DNA of 41,666 nt from the NCBI GenBank assembly GCA_009784095.1, contig WRDL01000001.1, forward strand, positions 1 to 41,666. The letters run 5' to 3'. Source of the stretch: Coriobacteriia bacterium. GTDB taxonomy: Bacteria; Actinomycetota; Coriobacteriia; WRKU01. How positions within the stretch are numbered: the stretch's first letter is position 1; each line of letters begins with the position of its first letter. Below are positions 18,348 through 27,628 of the stretch, piece after piece. Below the pieces are notes generated by a model. It made no database searches. It saw only the letters and a list, made by a program, of their open reading frames with translations, and was not told where the DNA came from. Made by a program: the position numbers and the translations under genes.

Positions 18348-19226
18348 TTACATCGCCTCCTGCAAGTTCATCGCTTCCCAATAGTTGAACACCGGTCCAT
18401 CGATACACGCGTACTGATGTCCGATACCGCAATGGTTACACATCCCGATACCGCACTTCATACGACGCTCGAACGACATGTATATGCGATCGACCGAAAG
18501 TTTCTTCTTGCGCATCTCGTCGATAGCATAACGGTACATGACCGGAGGTCCGCAGATCACCCCGATCGTCTTAAGGGGGTCGACCGTGATCTGATCGAAC
18601 AGTCTGGTCACCAGACCGACCTCTCCGTCCCACGTCTCGTCGGGTTGATCGACCGTCATGATCAGGTCGAAGTCATCGCGATGTCGCCACATATCGAATT
18701 GTTGACGGAATAAGATCTCGTCCGGATTGCGCGCACCCAGCAGGATCGTGACCTTGCCGAATTCGTGGCGTTCGTCATGGATATGATTGATCAGTGATTT
18801 GAGTGGAGCGATGCCGAGCCCTCCGGCGACCATCAAGATATCGTGACCCTTCATCTCCTCGAAAGGAAATCCACGTCCGAACGGTCCGCGCAGCCCCACG
18901 ATGTCTCCGCAGCGCATCTTATGCAATGCGCCGGTCACCGCGCCGGCGTTACGTACGCACAATTCGATGAAACCCTTTTTCGACGGCGCTGACGAGATCG
19001 AGATCGGGGCCTCCCCGACCCCGAAGACCGAAAGCTCCATGAACTGTCCAGCGTTGAAGTTGAACCGCTCACGGACCCTATGATCGATCAGGCGGAATTC
19101 GAAGAGCGTCTCGGTATCTGTCAGTTTGGTGATCGAGGTGATACGCGCCGGCCAGGGGCGATAGGGGTTCTGTTTGAGCTCGCGATAAGCTTGGGAGGAG
19201 TCTACCGCTACGTGGGTCTTTTTCAC
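18348..19226 (-). CDS. Hydrogenase gamma subunit, FAD/NAD(P)-binding oxidoreductase with a C-terminal 2Fe-2S site (HydG / PyrK-like)
   Basis: Ferredoxin-NADP-reductase fold (GQFMELSVFGVGEAPISI, MVAGGLGIAPL) plus CGIGMCNHCGIGHQYACIDGPVF. Confidence 0.9.
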   Translation of the reverse strand: MKKTHVAVDSSQAYRELKQNPYRPWPARITSITKLTDTETLFEFRLIDHRVRERFNFNAGQFMELSVFGVGEAPISISSAPSKKGFIELCVRNAGAVTGALHKMRCGDIVGLRGPFGRGFPFEEMKGHDILMVAGGLGIAPLKSLINHIHDERHEFGKVTILLGARNPDEILFRQQFDMWRHRDDFDLIMTVDQPDETWDGEVGLVTRLFDQITVDPLKTIGVICGPPVMYRYAIDEMRKKKLSVDRIYMSFERRMKCGIGMCNHCGIGHQYACIDGPVFNYWEAMNLQEAM

Positions 19227-20245
19227 TTGCTCTCCCCCTCTCTGAGTGCTTCAACTATTCTTCTGGGATTGATATCGACCTTGCACGCGACATCACAACG
19301 CCCGCATCCCACACACAGCATTTTGCCGTAACGAGAGGGGTATGCCCAGAATTTGTGATAGAAGCGGTAACGCACGCGCGAGGCGCGGGTGGGGCGGAAA
19401 TCGTGTCCCCCGGCGACCTCTGCGAACTGGGAATCCAAACACGAATCCCAGCATCTTATGCGACAACCCGCGACACCGTCGGCGTCAAGCTCGTCGACCA
19501 CGTCAAAGCAGTAGCAGGTCGGACAGACCGCGCTGCATGCACCACAGCTCAGACAGGGATCTCCGATCGTCTCCCACATCGGGTCGTTATACTTCGCGTC
19601 GAACAGAAGCTGCAGCTGAGTGGTGTCGACCGGCTCACGAAATGCCTGCGAGAACTCGCGTATATGATCCTCGAGTGCCTGTTTGTCCTCCGCGCTCGCC
19701 TCATGGGTCTTGGCGAACGTGTCGAGTATATGTGCACCCTCGAAGCTTTGGCAGGTCACAAAGTAACGATCTCCCAGATCGGTCAGGAACAGATCGCATC
19801 CTTGCGAGACCTCACCGGTACCCCAGGCGTTGCACATGCAGGTCGGGATCGGCATACAGCTCACCCCGACGATCAGGGTGTTCTCGCGTCTGGCCTTGTA
19901 GTAGGGATCGACGTAATCACCCAAAAAGATCTTATCGGTCATCAATATCGCGTTGATATCGCAGGCATGCACTCCGAAAAGCACACGCGGACTGACTTCG
20001 TGGTCGGTCTCATCCAGCGCCCCCGAATGTGAGTCATAGCGAAAGAGACACTCTTTCGGTCTGACAAAGTACTTCTTGGGAGGGATGATGGTGAGTGGGT
20101 AATCCAGCTCGACCTCGGAGCCATCGCGGACCTGTTCGAACGAATAGCCTCCGCCACGCATGACGGGCGCAACTACTTCGTAGACATGCGCGAGTCCTTC
20201 AATGAAAGTCGATACCTGGTCTTTTTCAAGAATCCTAAAGTACAT
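19223..20245 (-). CDS. Hydrogenase beta subunit, 4Fe-4S dicluster protein (HydB / AsrA-like)
   Basis: Contains CLSCGACSAVCPTCYCF and CVGCGRCDVACKVDI. I chose the start at ATG 20243-20245 (MYFRILEKDQV, which resembles the N-termini of sulfhydrogenase beta subunits), 6 nt after AAAGGA. The longer ORF to 20299 would run through the ndk terminator hairpin. Confidence 0.88.
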   Translation of the reverse strand: MYFRILEKDQVSTFIEGLAHVYEVVAPVMRGGGYSFEQVRDGSEVELDYPLTIIPPKKYFVRPKECLFRYDSHSGALDETDHEVSPRVLFGVHACDINAILMTDKIFLGDYVDPYYKARRENTLIVGVSCMPIPTCMCNAWGTGEVSQGCDLFLTDLGDRYFVTCQSFEGAHILDTFAKTHEASAEDKQALEDHIREFSQAFREPVDTTQLQLLFDAKYNDPMWETIGDPCLSCGACSAVCPTCYCFDVVDELDADGVAGCRIRCWDSCLDSQFAEVAGGHDFRPTRASRVRYRFYHKFWAYPSRYGKMLCVGCGRCDVACKVDINPRRIVEALREGESK

Positions 20246-20263
20246 GTACGATCCTTTCATATC

Positions 20264-20294
20264 AAAAGGGAACGTGACCATCACGCTCCCTTTT
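20264..20294 (-). terminator. Rho-independent terminator-like hairpin downstream of ndk
   Basis: The minus-strand RNA AAAGGGAGCGUGA-UGG-UCACGUUCCCUUU forms a 13-bp stem with one G-U pair, which would be an A-C mismatch on the opposite strand, so the structure is strand-specific. It is followed by UUUUGAUAU and starts 21 nt after the ndk stop. Confidence 0.75.
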
Positions 20295-20314
20295 AACATA
20301 GCACAATCCGGCGT

Positions 20315-20725
20315 CTATTTTAGGTCGCCGAAGAAAATACCTATCTCACGTTTTGCAGAATCAGGCGAATCGGAACCGTGAACGACGTTCGCGTCCATAG
20401 TGAGACCGAAGTCCCCCCTGATGGTACCGGGTGCTGCTTGGGCAGGATCGGTCACACCCATCAGTTTTCGGCACACGGCGACCGCATCCGGCCCCGAGAT
20501 GACCATCTTTACGACCGGTCCCGAGGTGATGTAGTCGATGAGCCCTTGGTAGAAAGGTTTGCCCTCGTGCTCGGCGTAGTTCGCCGCTGCTTGCTCAGCC
20601 GACAGCGTATCGAGTTCCATACGCTCGATCACCAGACCGGTATCCTCGAAACGAGAGATGATCCGTCCGATCTTTCCGGATGCGACGGCGTCGGGTTTGA
20701 TCATGATGTAGGTCTGCTCACTCAT
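20315..20725 (-). CDS. ndk: Nucleoside diphosphate kinase
   Basis: Contains TYIMIKPDAV and NVVHGSDS (active-site His). 136 aa. Confidence 0.97.
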   Translation of the reverse strand: MSEQTYIMIKPDAVASGKIGRIISRFEDTGLVIERMELDTLSAEQAAANYAEHEGKPFYQGLIDYITSGPVVKMVISGPDAVAVCRKLMGVTDPAQAAPGTIRGDFGLTMDANVVHGSDSPDSAKREIGIFFGDLK

Positions 20726-22149
20726 TGTTGCTCTCCTGCCTCTGGATCTTCTGAGGTACCTGTCTGTGGTTGCGGGGTTATCACGGTCTCGGGTTGAGCC
20801 TGGGTCTCGGACGCCGGCTGTTCAGTCACCTCGCCAACCGGTTGTGAGGTAACGTTGTCGATCTTCCAACCGAGCCCATCGCGTATCAACGTGAAGGTGA
20901 TCACGCTGCGGTGGTCGGCGGCATCGACGGCGGTCACTTTGACCGTCGACTCACCCATCCGCCCACTTGGGGCTTCGATATCGAAGATCGCTTGTCGCGG
21001 TACGTTATCGGCCATCGCGTCCTCGGCTTCGACTTTCGGAGCTGCCCAGTATGCCGCGATGTCCGCCTGCGAGCCGTACGCGTTGAGCGCATTATAGACG
21101 ACCTGATTGGCAGACGGGTACCCCAGTCCGAGATAGTACGCGATCCCGGTCGCGAGCGCAGCGAGCAATGCGAGCGCGAGTAGCACCCAAAGAAGCATCT
21201 TCCACCACGCCATGCGTTGTTTGCCCGCCAGTGACAATTCTTTCTCCTGTTCGAGCAGTTCGCCCTCGGTCATCTTGAAGAATTGTGCGATCTCCTCGTC
21301 GGACCCGACCGCGATCAACGGTTCGACTGTCGCAGTATGATCGATGCCGGCGGTGTCGATCGACTGGATCTCACCGGTCAGAGAGGACGCCTCCTCCTCG
21401 ACTATTCCGATTGCAGGCTCTTCGATGATCGACTCGAGAGGAGCACTCATCGCAAGACGCGCTTTTGCCGCATCATAGACCGCTTGGGCGACCGGGTCGA
21501 GACCCTGCTCGCCGAAGATATAGCGCGCGTGATCGAACGACTCGATCGCTTCCTCATCGCTGTTGAGCAGCGAATACGCGATACCGAGTGTCGAGAATAT
21601 CTGCCCGCGGTTCTCGCAGTCGGGAAAATCGAGCGCGAGTTTGAGCGACTCGACCGCTGAGAGCGGCTGCTTGAGTTCAAGCAAACACAGCGCCAGATTA
21701 TAGAGCGCTTTCGAGCGGGCGGGATTATTCACATCGAGCGCCGCTTTCTTATATGCGATCGCCGCTTTGTCGATGCTCCCGAGTTTCATATAGTTCTGTG
21801 CCGCCCTCAGGAAGCACTTGTATGGTTTTTCGCACTCTGGATACGTTGACGCGAGCTCGTAGGCTTCCGCGCTCGCGGTATAGTTGCCTTCCTTGGCGTG
21901 CACATGCCCGATATTCGAGTATACCGCCGACATGTTGTCATAGGTGTCATCACGCAACGCATTCTGATACATCGTCAACGCGTCTTTGTGACGCTCGAGC
22001 TGCAAGAAGGCGTTGCCCGCCTGATGAAAGGCAGATCCGTTACCGCGAGCTATGCCTGGTTCTGCGCTCTCAAGGAAATCTTGAGCGGCCGCGGCAAAGC
22101 TACCCGACCGATAGTTACGCATTCCCTGTGCAAAGCGTTCCTGGTCCAC
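20722..22149 (-). CDS. Tetratricopeptide-repeat membrane protein
   Basis: 475 aa. About 240 N-terminal residues consist of TPR-like helices (AF.QAGNAFLQL.., YSNIGHVHAKEGNY..A..AYE.A). These are followed by one TM (WWKMLLWVLLALALLAALATGIAYYL) and an extracytoplasmic beta-rich domain. It overlaps ndk by 4 nt. Confidence 0.75.
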   Translation of the reverse strand: MDQERFAQGMRNYRSGSFAAAAQDFLESAEPGIARGNGSAFHQAGNAFLQLERHKDALTMYQNALRDDTYDNMSAVYSNIGHVHAKEGNYTASAEAYELASTYPECEKPYKCFLRAAQNYMKLGSIDKAAIAYKKAALDVNNPARSKALYNLALCLLELKQPLSAVESLKLALDFPDCENRGQIFSTLGIAYSLLNSDEEAIESFDHARYIFGEQGLDPVAQAVYDAAKARLAMSAPLESIIEEPAIGIVEEEASSLTGEIQSIDTAGIDHTATVEPLIAVGSDEEIAQFFKMTEGELLEQEKELSLAGKQRMAWWKMLLWVLLALALLAALATGIAYYLGLGYPSANQVVYNALNAYGSQADIAAYWAAPKVEAEDAMADNVPRQAIFDIEAPSGRMGESTVKVTAVDAADHRSVITFTLIRDGLGWKIDNVTSQPVGEVTEQPASETQAQPETVITPQPQTGTSEDPEAGEQQ

Positions 22150-22158
22150 AATGTCCCC

Positions 22159-22512
22159 CTAGAGTGCCGCTTTGGCTATTTCAACCAGTTTAGCAAATGA
22201 CGCCGGCTCGTTGACCGCCAGATCGGCGAGTACTTTACGATCGAGCTCGACTCCTGCGAGTTTGAGCCCATGCATGAAACGACTGTAACTTAGGTCGTGT
22301 TGACGGGACGCCGCGTTGATGCGCGTGATCCAGAGACGACGGATGTCGCGCTTCTTGTTGCGACGATCACGGTATTGATATTGCAGTGAATGCTGTACCT
22401 GCTCTTTTGCCGCTCTATATGAACGCGACTTCGCGCCGTAATAGCCTCGTGCGCGCTTCATCATCGCACGGCGTTTTTTGTGAGCGTTTATCGCTCTTTT
22501 TACTCGTGGCAT
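22159..22512 (-). CDS. rplT: 50S ribosomal protein L20
   Basis: [31 protein letters not shown], 117 aa. Confidence 0.98.
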   Translation of the reverse strand: MPRVKRAINAHKKRRAMMKRARGYYGAKSRSYRAAKEQVQHSLQYQYRDRRNKKRDIRRLWITRINAASRQHDLSYSRFMHGLKLAGVELDRKVLADLAVNEPASFAKLVEIAKAAL

Positions 22513-22529
22513 AGTTATCTCCCCCTACG

Positions 22530-22724
22530 TTAGCTTCCCAGCTTACGCTTGATCATTTTCGTATCAGCTGCTGAGACCGGTCCCTCTTTGCGGAAGTTGC
22601 GCTTACGCTTCGGAGACTTCTTGGTCAATATGTGACTTTTATATGCTTTTCCACGTATGAGCTTACCGTTCTTGGTAACACGCACACGTTTCGCGGCACC
22701 CTTATGGGTCTTCATCTTCGGCAT
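22530..22724 (-). CDS. rpmI: 50S ribosomal protein L35
   Basis: [21 protein letters not shown], 64 aa. Confidence 0.98.
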   Translation of the reverse strand: MPKMKTHKGAAKRVRVTKNGKLIRGKAYKSHILTKKSPKRKRNFRKEGPVSAADTKMIKRKLGS

Positions 22725-22734
22725 ATCGAACTCC

Positions 22735-23331
22735 TTACTCGCTATCCTCTAGTGCTTTTTCATCACTCTCGGTGTCCGGCTCTGTTTCGATCTGCTCTAC
22801 AGGAGCGGGAGCCGGAGCCGGGTCGCTTTTCTTCGGCTTATCCTTGAGTGGCGCGATGAGCATATGCATATTGCGACCTTCGAGTTTGGGTTGGTTCTCG
22901 ACGACCGCTACGTCGGCAAGGTCGGCTTCCAACCGTTCCAAGATGTTTCGACCCAGCTCGGGATAGGCCATCTCGCGACCGCGGAACATGATGGTCACTT
23001 TTACTTTGGCTCCCGCAGCGAGAAATCTCAAGATGTGTTTCTTTTTGGTGTTGTAGTCACCGATGTCCACTTTGGGACGGAACTTCATCTCTTTGATATC
23101 GATCTTCTGCTGGTTCTTCTTGGCCGCTTTCGCTTTCTGGGAAAGCTCGTATTTGAACTTCCCGTAATCCATGATCTTGCAGACCGGCGGATCCGCCTGT
23201 GGAGCGATCTCCACGAGGTCGTAACCTTGGTCGTCGGCCATATCCAGCGCGCTATCCACACTGTAGATGCCCAACTGGTCGCCGTTTGAACCGATCAGAC
23301 GGCATTTAGATGCATAAATGTCCTCATTCAC
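22735..23331 (-). CDS. infC: Translation initiation factor IF-3
   Basis: Contains [31 protein letters not shown] and the C-domain [12 protein letters not shown]. The track start is GTG 23331, which has no SD. An in-frame ATA at 23347-23349 downstream of AAAGGATGGTGG is a plausible non-canonical start (see findings). Confidence 0.93.
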   Translation of the reverse strand: MNEDIYASKCRLIGSNGDQLGIYSVDSALDMADDQGYDLVEIAPQADPPVCKIMDYGKFKYELSQKAKAAKKNQQKIDIKEMKFRPKVDIGDYNTKKKHILRFLAAGAKVKVTIMFRGREMAYPELGRNILERLEADLADVAVVENQPKLEGRNMHMLIAPLKDKPKKSDPAPAPAPVEQIETEPDTESDEKALEDSE

Positions 23332-23374
23332 GCGATATTCGTTGCTTATCGTGCCACCATCCTTTCACGAACGG

Positions 23375-23410
23375 ATAAATAAAATCCCGCCAGCGAAGCG
23401 CGCCGACGGG
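23375..23410 (-). terminator. Intrinsic terminator/attenuator-like hairpin inside the infC 5' leader
   Basis: The minus-strand RNA CCCGUCGGCG-CGCUU-CGCUGGCGGG forms a 10-bp stem with two G-U pairs, which would be A-C mismatches on the other strand. It is followed by AUUUUAUUUAU and ends about 25-45 nt upstream of the candidate infC starts. Confidence 0.6.
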
Positions 23411-23503
23411 ACAGTTATGTCCTGCAATTACCTGCCTATCATCGACCTGTTCGCTTTCGCTGTAAGGTGTAAGCGGACTGCCGCCCGCTTAACTTGCCGC
23501 ATC

Positions 23504-23541
23504 AGTATAGCACATCGAGACCTCGCACAAGCGAGGTCTCG
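23504..23541 (-). promoter_or_regulatory. Perfect 11-bp hairpin (efp terminator candidate) abutting a putative extended -10 promoter for infC
   Basis: CGAGACCTCGC-ACAA-GCGAGGTCTCG at 23516-23541. On the minus strand it is followed by GATGTGCTATACT (TGn + TATACT at 23504-23512). Confidence 0.4.
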
Positions 23542-23725
23542 CATTTCTTCCTTATAAGGACAGACCGGTCGACCTGCTGGTCACTTCTATCGATCGCGCC
23601 GACGGCTCAAGATGCTTATGATGATACCGACAAGCCCGGTGACCAAATAGATCACCGTCGTGCGATCGACGAAAAAGTCAGCTAAACGTAATAATCCTAA
23701 GGGGATATCCGAAGGTCTGCTCTAC

Positions 23726-24289
23726 CTATACGCGCTTGATGTAGCGACCACCTTCACGAGTGTCGATCTGGAGTTTCTCTCCGATGTTGACGAACAGCGG
23801 CACCTGGATCACCGCACCGGTCTCAAGGGTCGCGGCTTTCGTCCCACCTTGGACGGTATCACCCTTGAATCCGGGCTCGGTCTCAGTAACCGTCAGTTCG
23901 ACGAACATAGGGGGCTCCACGCCGATACGATCTCCGTCAGCCGTCAGAACCTCGACCTCCATGTTTTCCAGCAACCATTGTTTGGCGTCTCCGATAAAAC
24001 CCGGATCGAGTTCAACTTGTTCATAGGTATCGGTGTCCATAAAATGATAGGCGGTGCCATCATTGTAGAGATACTGCATCCTTTTCTTCTCGACGCGTAC
24101 ATCATCGAACTTGTCCTGCGGGCGGAATGTGTACTCGACGATACGCCCGCTCTCGAGTTCCTTGAGCTTGGTGCGCACGAACGCAGGACCTTTGCCCGGT
24201 TTGACGTGTTGATAGTCCATGATGATCTTGCGTTTGCCTTCATGCATGATGCACATACCGGTCTTGAATTGAGGGGTTGAGATTGCCAC
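23726..24289 (-). CDS. efp: Elongation factor P
   Basis: Contains HVKPGKGPAFVRTKLKELESG. 187 aa. The GTG start follows GAAGGAG. Confidence 0.97.
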   Translation of the reverse strand: MAISTPQFKTGMCIMHEGKRKIIMDYQHVKPGKGPAFVRTKLKELESGRIVEYTFRPQDKFDDVRVEKKRMQYLYNDGTAYHFMDTDTYEQVELDPGFIGDAKQWLLENMEVEVLTADGDRIGVEPPMFVELTVTETEPGFKGDTVQGGTKAATLETGAVIQVPLFVNIGEKLQIDTREGGRYIKRV

Positions 24290-24349
24290 CGCGCTTCTCC
24301 TTCTATCGGTGCGCCCAGGTCCGTGCGGGCGCCTACTCTTGCGTCTCGA

Positions 24350-25456
24350 TTATACCGCAAGCTCGATGAGCTCTTTGGGTGAGCCTGTCAGCATCTGATA
24401 CCCCTGGTCGGTGACGACCACGAGATCCTCGATCCTGACACCGAGAACTCCCTCGAGATAGATACCCGGCTCGATCGAGGTGACTGAACCGGCTTTGATC
24501 GTACCCTCGGAGATGGGTTTGAGACTGGGAAGCTCATGGACATCGAGCCCGATACCATGCCCGGTACCGTGACCGAACTGCTCCCCGTATCCGGCGTTGT
24601 CGATGATCGTCCGAGCGGCTGCGTCGACATCGGCGCTCCTCGCGCCCGCACGCACCGCTTCGATCGCGTTGAGCTGCGCGTCGAGCACGATCGCGTAGAT
24701 CTCTTTTTGCAACGCGCTCGCTTGACCGACACAGATCGTGCGCGTCATATCCGCTTTGTAGCCTTTGAATTGTGCCCCGAAATCCATTGTGAGCAGATCA
24801 CCTATCTGGAGGCGGTACCCACCGGGCTTCGCGTGAGGCATAGAGCCGTTGGCTCCCGCTGCCACGATCGGCTCGAACGCCATCGCCTCAGCACCCAGTC
24901 GACGTAGCGTGAACTCGAGCTCGAGCGCGACCTCCGACTCGGTCTGACCCGGCTTTATGAACTCCAGCATATGGGTGAACGCCTCATCGGTGATCCGTTG
25001 CGCCTGTTCGATCCGCGCGATCTCCTCGCGGTCCTTGATCTCGCGCACATCCTCGATCAGACGGTGCGTCGCGACGATCTCGCGTCCCTCCAACGCTTCT
25101 TTCCATTTGAGGAATTGCCCATACCCCATGGTGTCCTCGATGCCGATACGAACCGGCGCGAGCTGATCGATCATCTCGACCGCGCGTTCACGTACCTCAT
25201 GGCGCGCAAGGATCACCTCGAAATTGTGAGCGGCCGCCTGACCGCTCGCGACCTCGAAGTAGCGCGAATCGATGAGCGCGATCGCTCTGTCGGCGGTCAC
25301 GAGTGCGATATGAGGATTCTCCACGTCGGCGATGCCATCGAACCCGGTCGCGTAGACCACGTTGGTCGAATAGTTGATAATAAGCGCATCGAGACCTTCC
25401 TGCTTCATAGAGGCACGGATGCGGCTGAGCCGATCACCGCTCTGGGCGGGGCTCAT
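24350..25456 (-). CDS. M24-family Xaa-Pro aminopeptidase/dipeptidase
   Basis: Creatinase-like N-domain plus a pita-bread fold with DFGAQFKGYKADMTRT, HGTGHGIGLDVHE and SIEPGIY..G..GVRIED. It sits in the conserved position upstream of efp. Confidence 0.92.
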   Translation of the reverse strand: MSPAQSGDRLSRIRASMKQEGLDALIINYSTNVVYATGFDGIADVENPHIALVTADRAIALIDSRYFEVASGQAAAHNFEVILARHEVRERAVEMIDQLAPVRIGIEDTMGYGQFLKWKEALEGREIVATHRLIEDVREIKDREEIARIEQAQRITDEAFTHMLEFIKPGQTESEVALELEFTLRRLGAEAMAFEPIVAAGANGSMPHAKPGGYRLQIGDLLTMDFGAQFKGYKADMTRTICVGQASALQKEIYAIVLDAQLNAIEAVRAGARSADVDAAARTIIDNAGYGEQFGHGTGHGIGLDVHELPSLKPISEGTIKAGSVTSIEPGIYLEGVLGVRIEDLVVVTDQGYQMLTGSPKELIELAV

Positions 25457-25968
25457 CGCTGATCGCCTTCCCTCAGCCCGTCATATTCGTCATCTCCGCG
25501 TGCTAGAAGATCGGGCTCATCGGGGTCAACGTCGTGTCGCGCATTCTCTTCGATCAATGCATCGATACCGCGCAGATAGCTGCGGACCCCCTCCCCCGAG
25601 TATTGTGCGATGCAGACGGGCGCGATCACGCTCTCGCGACGGAACTTCTCACGCGCGGTTATGTCGCTGAGATGTACCTCGACGACCGGGACGTCGGTGC
25701 CGGCAACCGCATCGCGTAGCGCGTAACTATAGTGCGAATGCGCCGCAGGATTGTAGACGATGCCTTGGTATTTGATCGGGGCCAGATGGATCTGCTCGAT
25801 CAGCTTTTCCTCAGAGTTGGATTGGAACGCTTTGGTCTTGACTCCACGCTCGGCGGCATAGTCGTGGACCATATCCATGAGCTCTCCCAAGGTCTGGGAT
25901 CCATAGATCTCTGGCTCGCGCGTACCGAGCATGTTGAGGTTAGGACCATTCAGAATAAGAAATCTCAT
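25453..25968 (-). CDS. aroQ: Type II 3-dehydroquinate dehydratase
   Basis: Contains ILNGPNLNMLGTREPEIYG and VEVHLSDI. It has an acidic C-terminal extension of about 25 aa. Confidence 0.95.
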   Translation of the reverse strand: MRFLILNGPNLNMLGTREPEIYGSQTLGELMDMVHDYAAERGVKTKAFQSNSEEKLIEQIHLAPIKYQGIVYNPAAHSHYSYALRDAVAGTDVPVVEVHLSDITAREKFRRESVIAPVCIAQYSGEGVRSYLRGIDALIEENARHDVDPDEPDLLARGDDEYDGLREGDQR

Positions 25969-27093
25969 TTACATCCCACTCGCTTCCCAGAGACGTAGAT
26001 GCTCGAAGACGATACTGTCGTCGAGTTCTGCGACCTCCCACGCTCCCAACGCTTTCATCAAGACCATGCGGATCTTTCCGTTGCGGACCTTCTTGTCAGA
26101 GAGCATCGCTTCCATCGTATCGAGTGGCGACCATCGTTGCGCCACGACCGGGATCTCGAACATGTCGAGCAGCTTGTCTTGGCGACGCACCGTCTCGATC
26201 GAAGCACCCGATATCTGAACCGAGACCCGTGCGGCGAATCGGATGCCTTCAGCGACCGCGATACCGTGTGCGATCTGTCCGTAACCGGCAAGACGTTCGA
26301 TCGCGTGTCCGAGGGTGTGTCCGTAATTGAGACACTCGCGCGCACCATGATCCTCGGGATCACTCGCAACCACGATCGCCTTGAATTCCATACATCGAAG
26401 CACGAGATCTGTCAGGACCTCGCAATCACGCGCGAGGATCTTCTCAGCGTTGACCTCGCACCACGCGGTGAATTCGTCTCCATCGAGAAACGCGGTCTTT
26501 GCGGCTTCGGCCAGACCACTCTTGAATTCACAGTCAGGTAGTCCTACGAGCGCGCGCATATCGGCCATGACCGCGATCGGCTGATGGAACGCCCCCGCAA
26601 GGTTCTTTCCTGCCGCCAGATCGATAGCCGCCTTGCCACCAACGCACGCATCCACCATCGAGAGCAGAGTGGTCGAGATGATGGCGTATTTGACGCCGCG
26701 CATGTAGGTATGAGCGACGAATCCGGCCAAATCGCTGACCGCTCCACCGCCCAACGCGATGATCAGGTCGTCTCGACCGACCTTCGCGTCCGCGATCGCT
26801 TCAAGCAGTTCACCGGCGACTTCCCAGGTCTTACACGCTTCCCCGTCGGGGACTGTCAGAGGGATCACTTGGACTTCTTTGGTGATGAACACCGTCTCAA
26901 TGCGAATACCGAAGAGCTCTGCGGTGGTCTCATCGGCGATCACCACAACTTTCTTCGGTTTTGCGACCGAGACGACATAGGTCGCGAACATCGAGATGGG
27001 ATTGTCACCCACGAATACCGGATACTCTGCGACACCCACATCGAGATCGACTCGAGTGACCGCTCCGAACCTCTTACGCGTGAAATATGCCAC
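25969..27093 (-). CDS. aroB: 3-dehydroquinate synthase
   Basis: Contains IALGGGAVSDLAGFVA, KAAIDL and LNYGHTLGHAIE. Confidence 0.95.
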   Translation of the reverse strand: MAYFTRKRFGAVTRVDLDVGVAEYPVFVGDNPISMFATYVVSVAKPKKVVVIADETTAELFGIRIETVFITKEVQVIPLTVPDGEACKTWEVAGELLEAIADAKVGRDDLIIALGGGAVSDLAGFVAHTYMRGVKYAIISTTLLSMVDACVGGKAAIDLAAGKNLAGAFHQPIAVMADMRALVGLPDCEFKSGLAEAAKTAFLDGDEFTAWCEVNAEKILARDCEVLTDLVLRCMEFKAIVVASDPEDHGARECLNYGHTLGHAIERLAGYGQIAHGIAVAEGIRFAARVSVQISGASIETVRRQDKLLDMFEIPVVAQRWSPLDTMEAMLSDKKVRNGKIRMVLMKALGAWEVAELDDSIVFEHLRLWEASGM

Positions 27094-27628
27094 TATCCGC
27101 CTCCTTGAGCAGCTTTTCTATTTGATCACATACCTCATCGAGCGTCAGCCCGCTCGTATCGACGGTCCGATCGGCGACGATCTCATAGAGTTCTTCGCGC
27201 GCGACCATCATTTCCGCGATCTCTTGCGGTCCATCGACCGCTTGGATCAGTGGGCGGGTGGAATAATCCTCGAGACGAAGCTCGATCTGATCGGCTGACA
27301 TCTGTAAGTATATGGTGAACGCGCTCTCTTTGAGTCGCTCGACATTCTTCGGGTCGAGCACCACGCCACCGCCGCACGCGATGAGCGCCGGCGCACCGTT
27401 GAGCGCATCTTCGAGCAACTCGGTCTCAAGTCCCCGAAAGAAACGCTCTCCATTCCGCTCGAATATCTCGGTTATCGTCATACCTGTATACGTCTCGACC
27501 TCTTGGTCGATATCGATGAATGCGACGCGCAACCTCTCGGATAGCTCGGCGGCAACACTGGTTTTGCCTGCTCCCATGAATCCAATGAAGGCGACAGTGA
27601 CCGCCAGAGGAGCGTTATCGCAGGTCAT
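27074..27628 (-). CDS. aroK: Shikimate kinase
   Basis: Has the P-loop FIGFMGAGKTSV and ACGGGVV. 184 aa. Confidence 0.93.
   Translation of the reverse strand: MTCDNAPLAVTVAFIGFMGAGKTSVAAELSERLRVAFIDIDQEVETYTGMTITEIFERNGERFFRGLETELLEDALNGAPALIACGGGVVLDPKNVERLKESAFTIYLQMSADQIELRLEDYSTRPLIQAVDGPQEIAEMMVAREELYEIVADRTVDTSGLTLDEVCDQIEKLLKEADSGIFHA

Noticed and set aside
20246-20299. N-terminal 18-codon extension of the hydrogenase beta ORF
   Set aside because: The extension is simply the translated ndk terminator hairpin. The internal ATG at 20245 has an SD and gives an N-terminus that matches homologs.
23560-23700. Possible tiny hydrophobic peptide on the minus strand downstream of efp (..VIYLVTGLVGIIISILSRRRDR*)
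   Set aside because: There is no ATG and no SD in front of the only GTG and TTG candidates. A product of about 20 codons cannot be supported from sequence alone.
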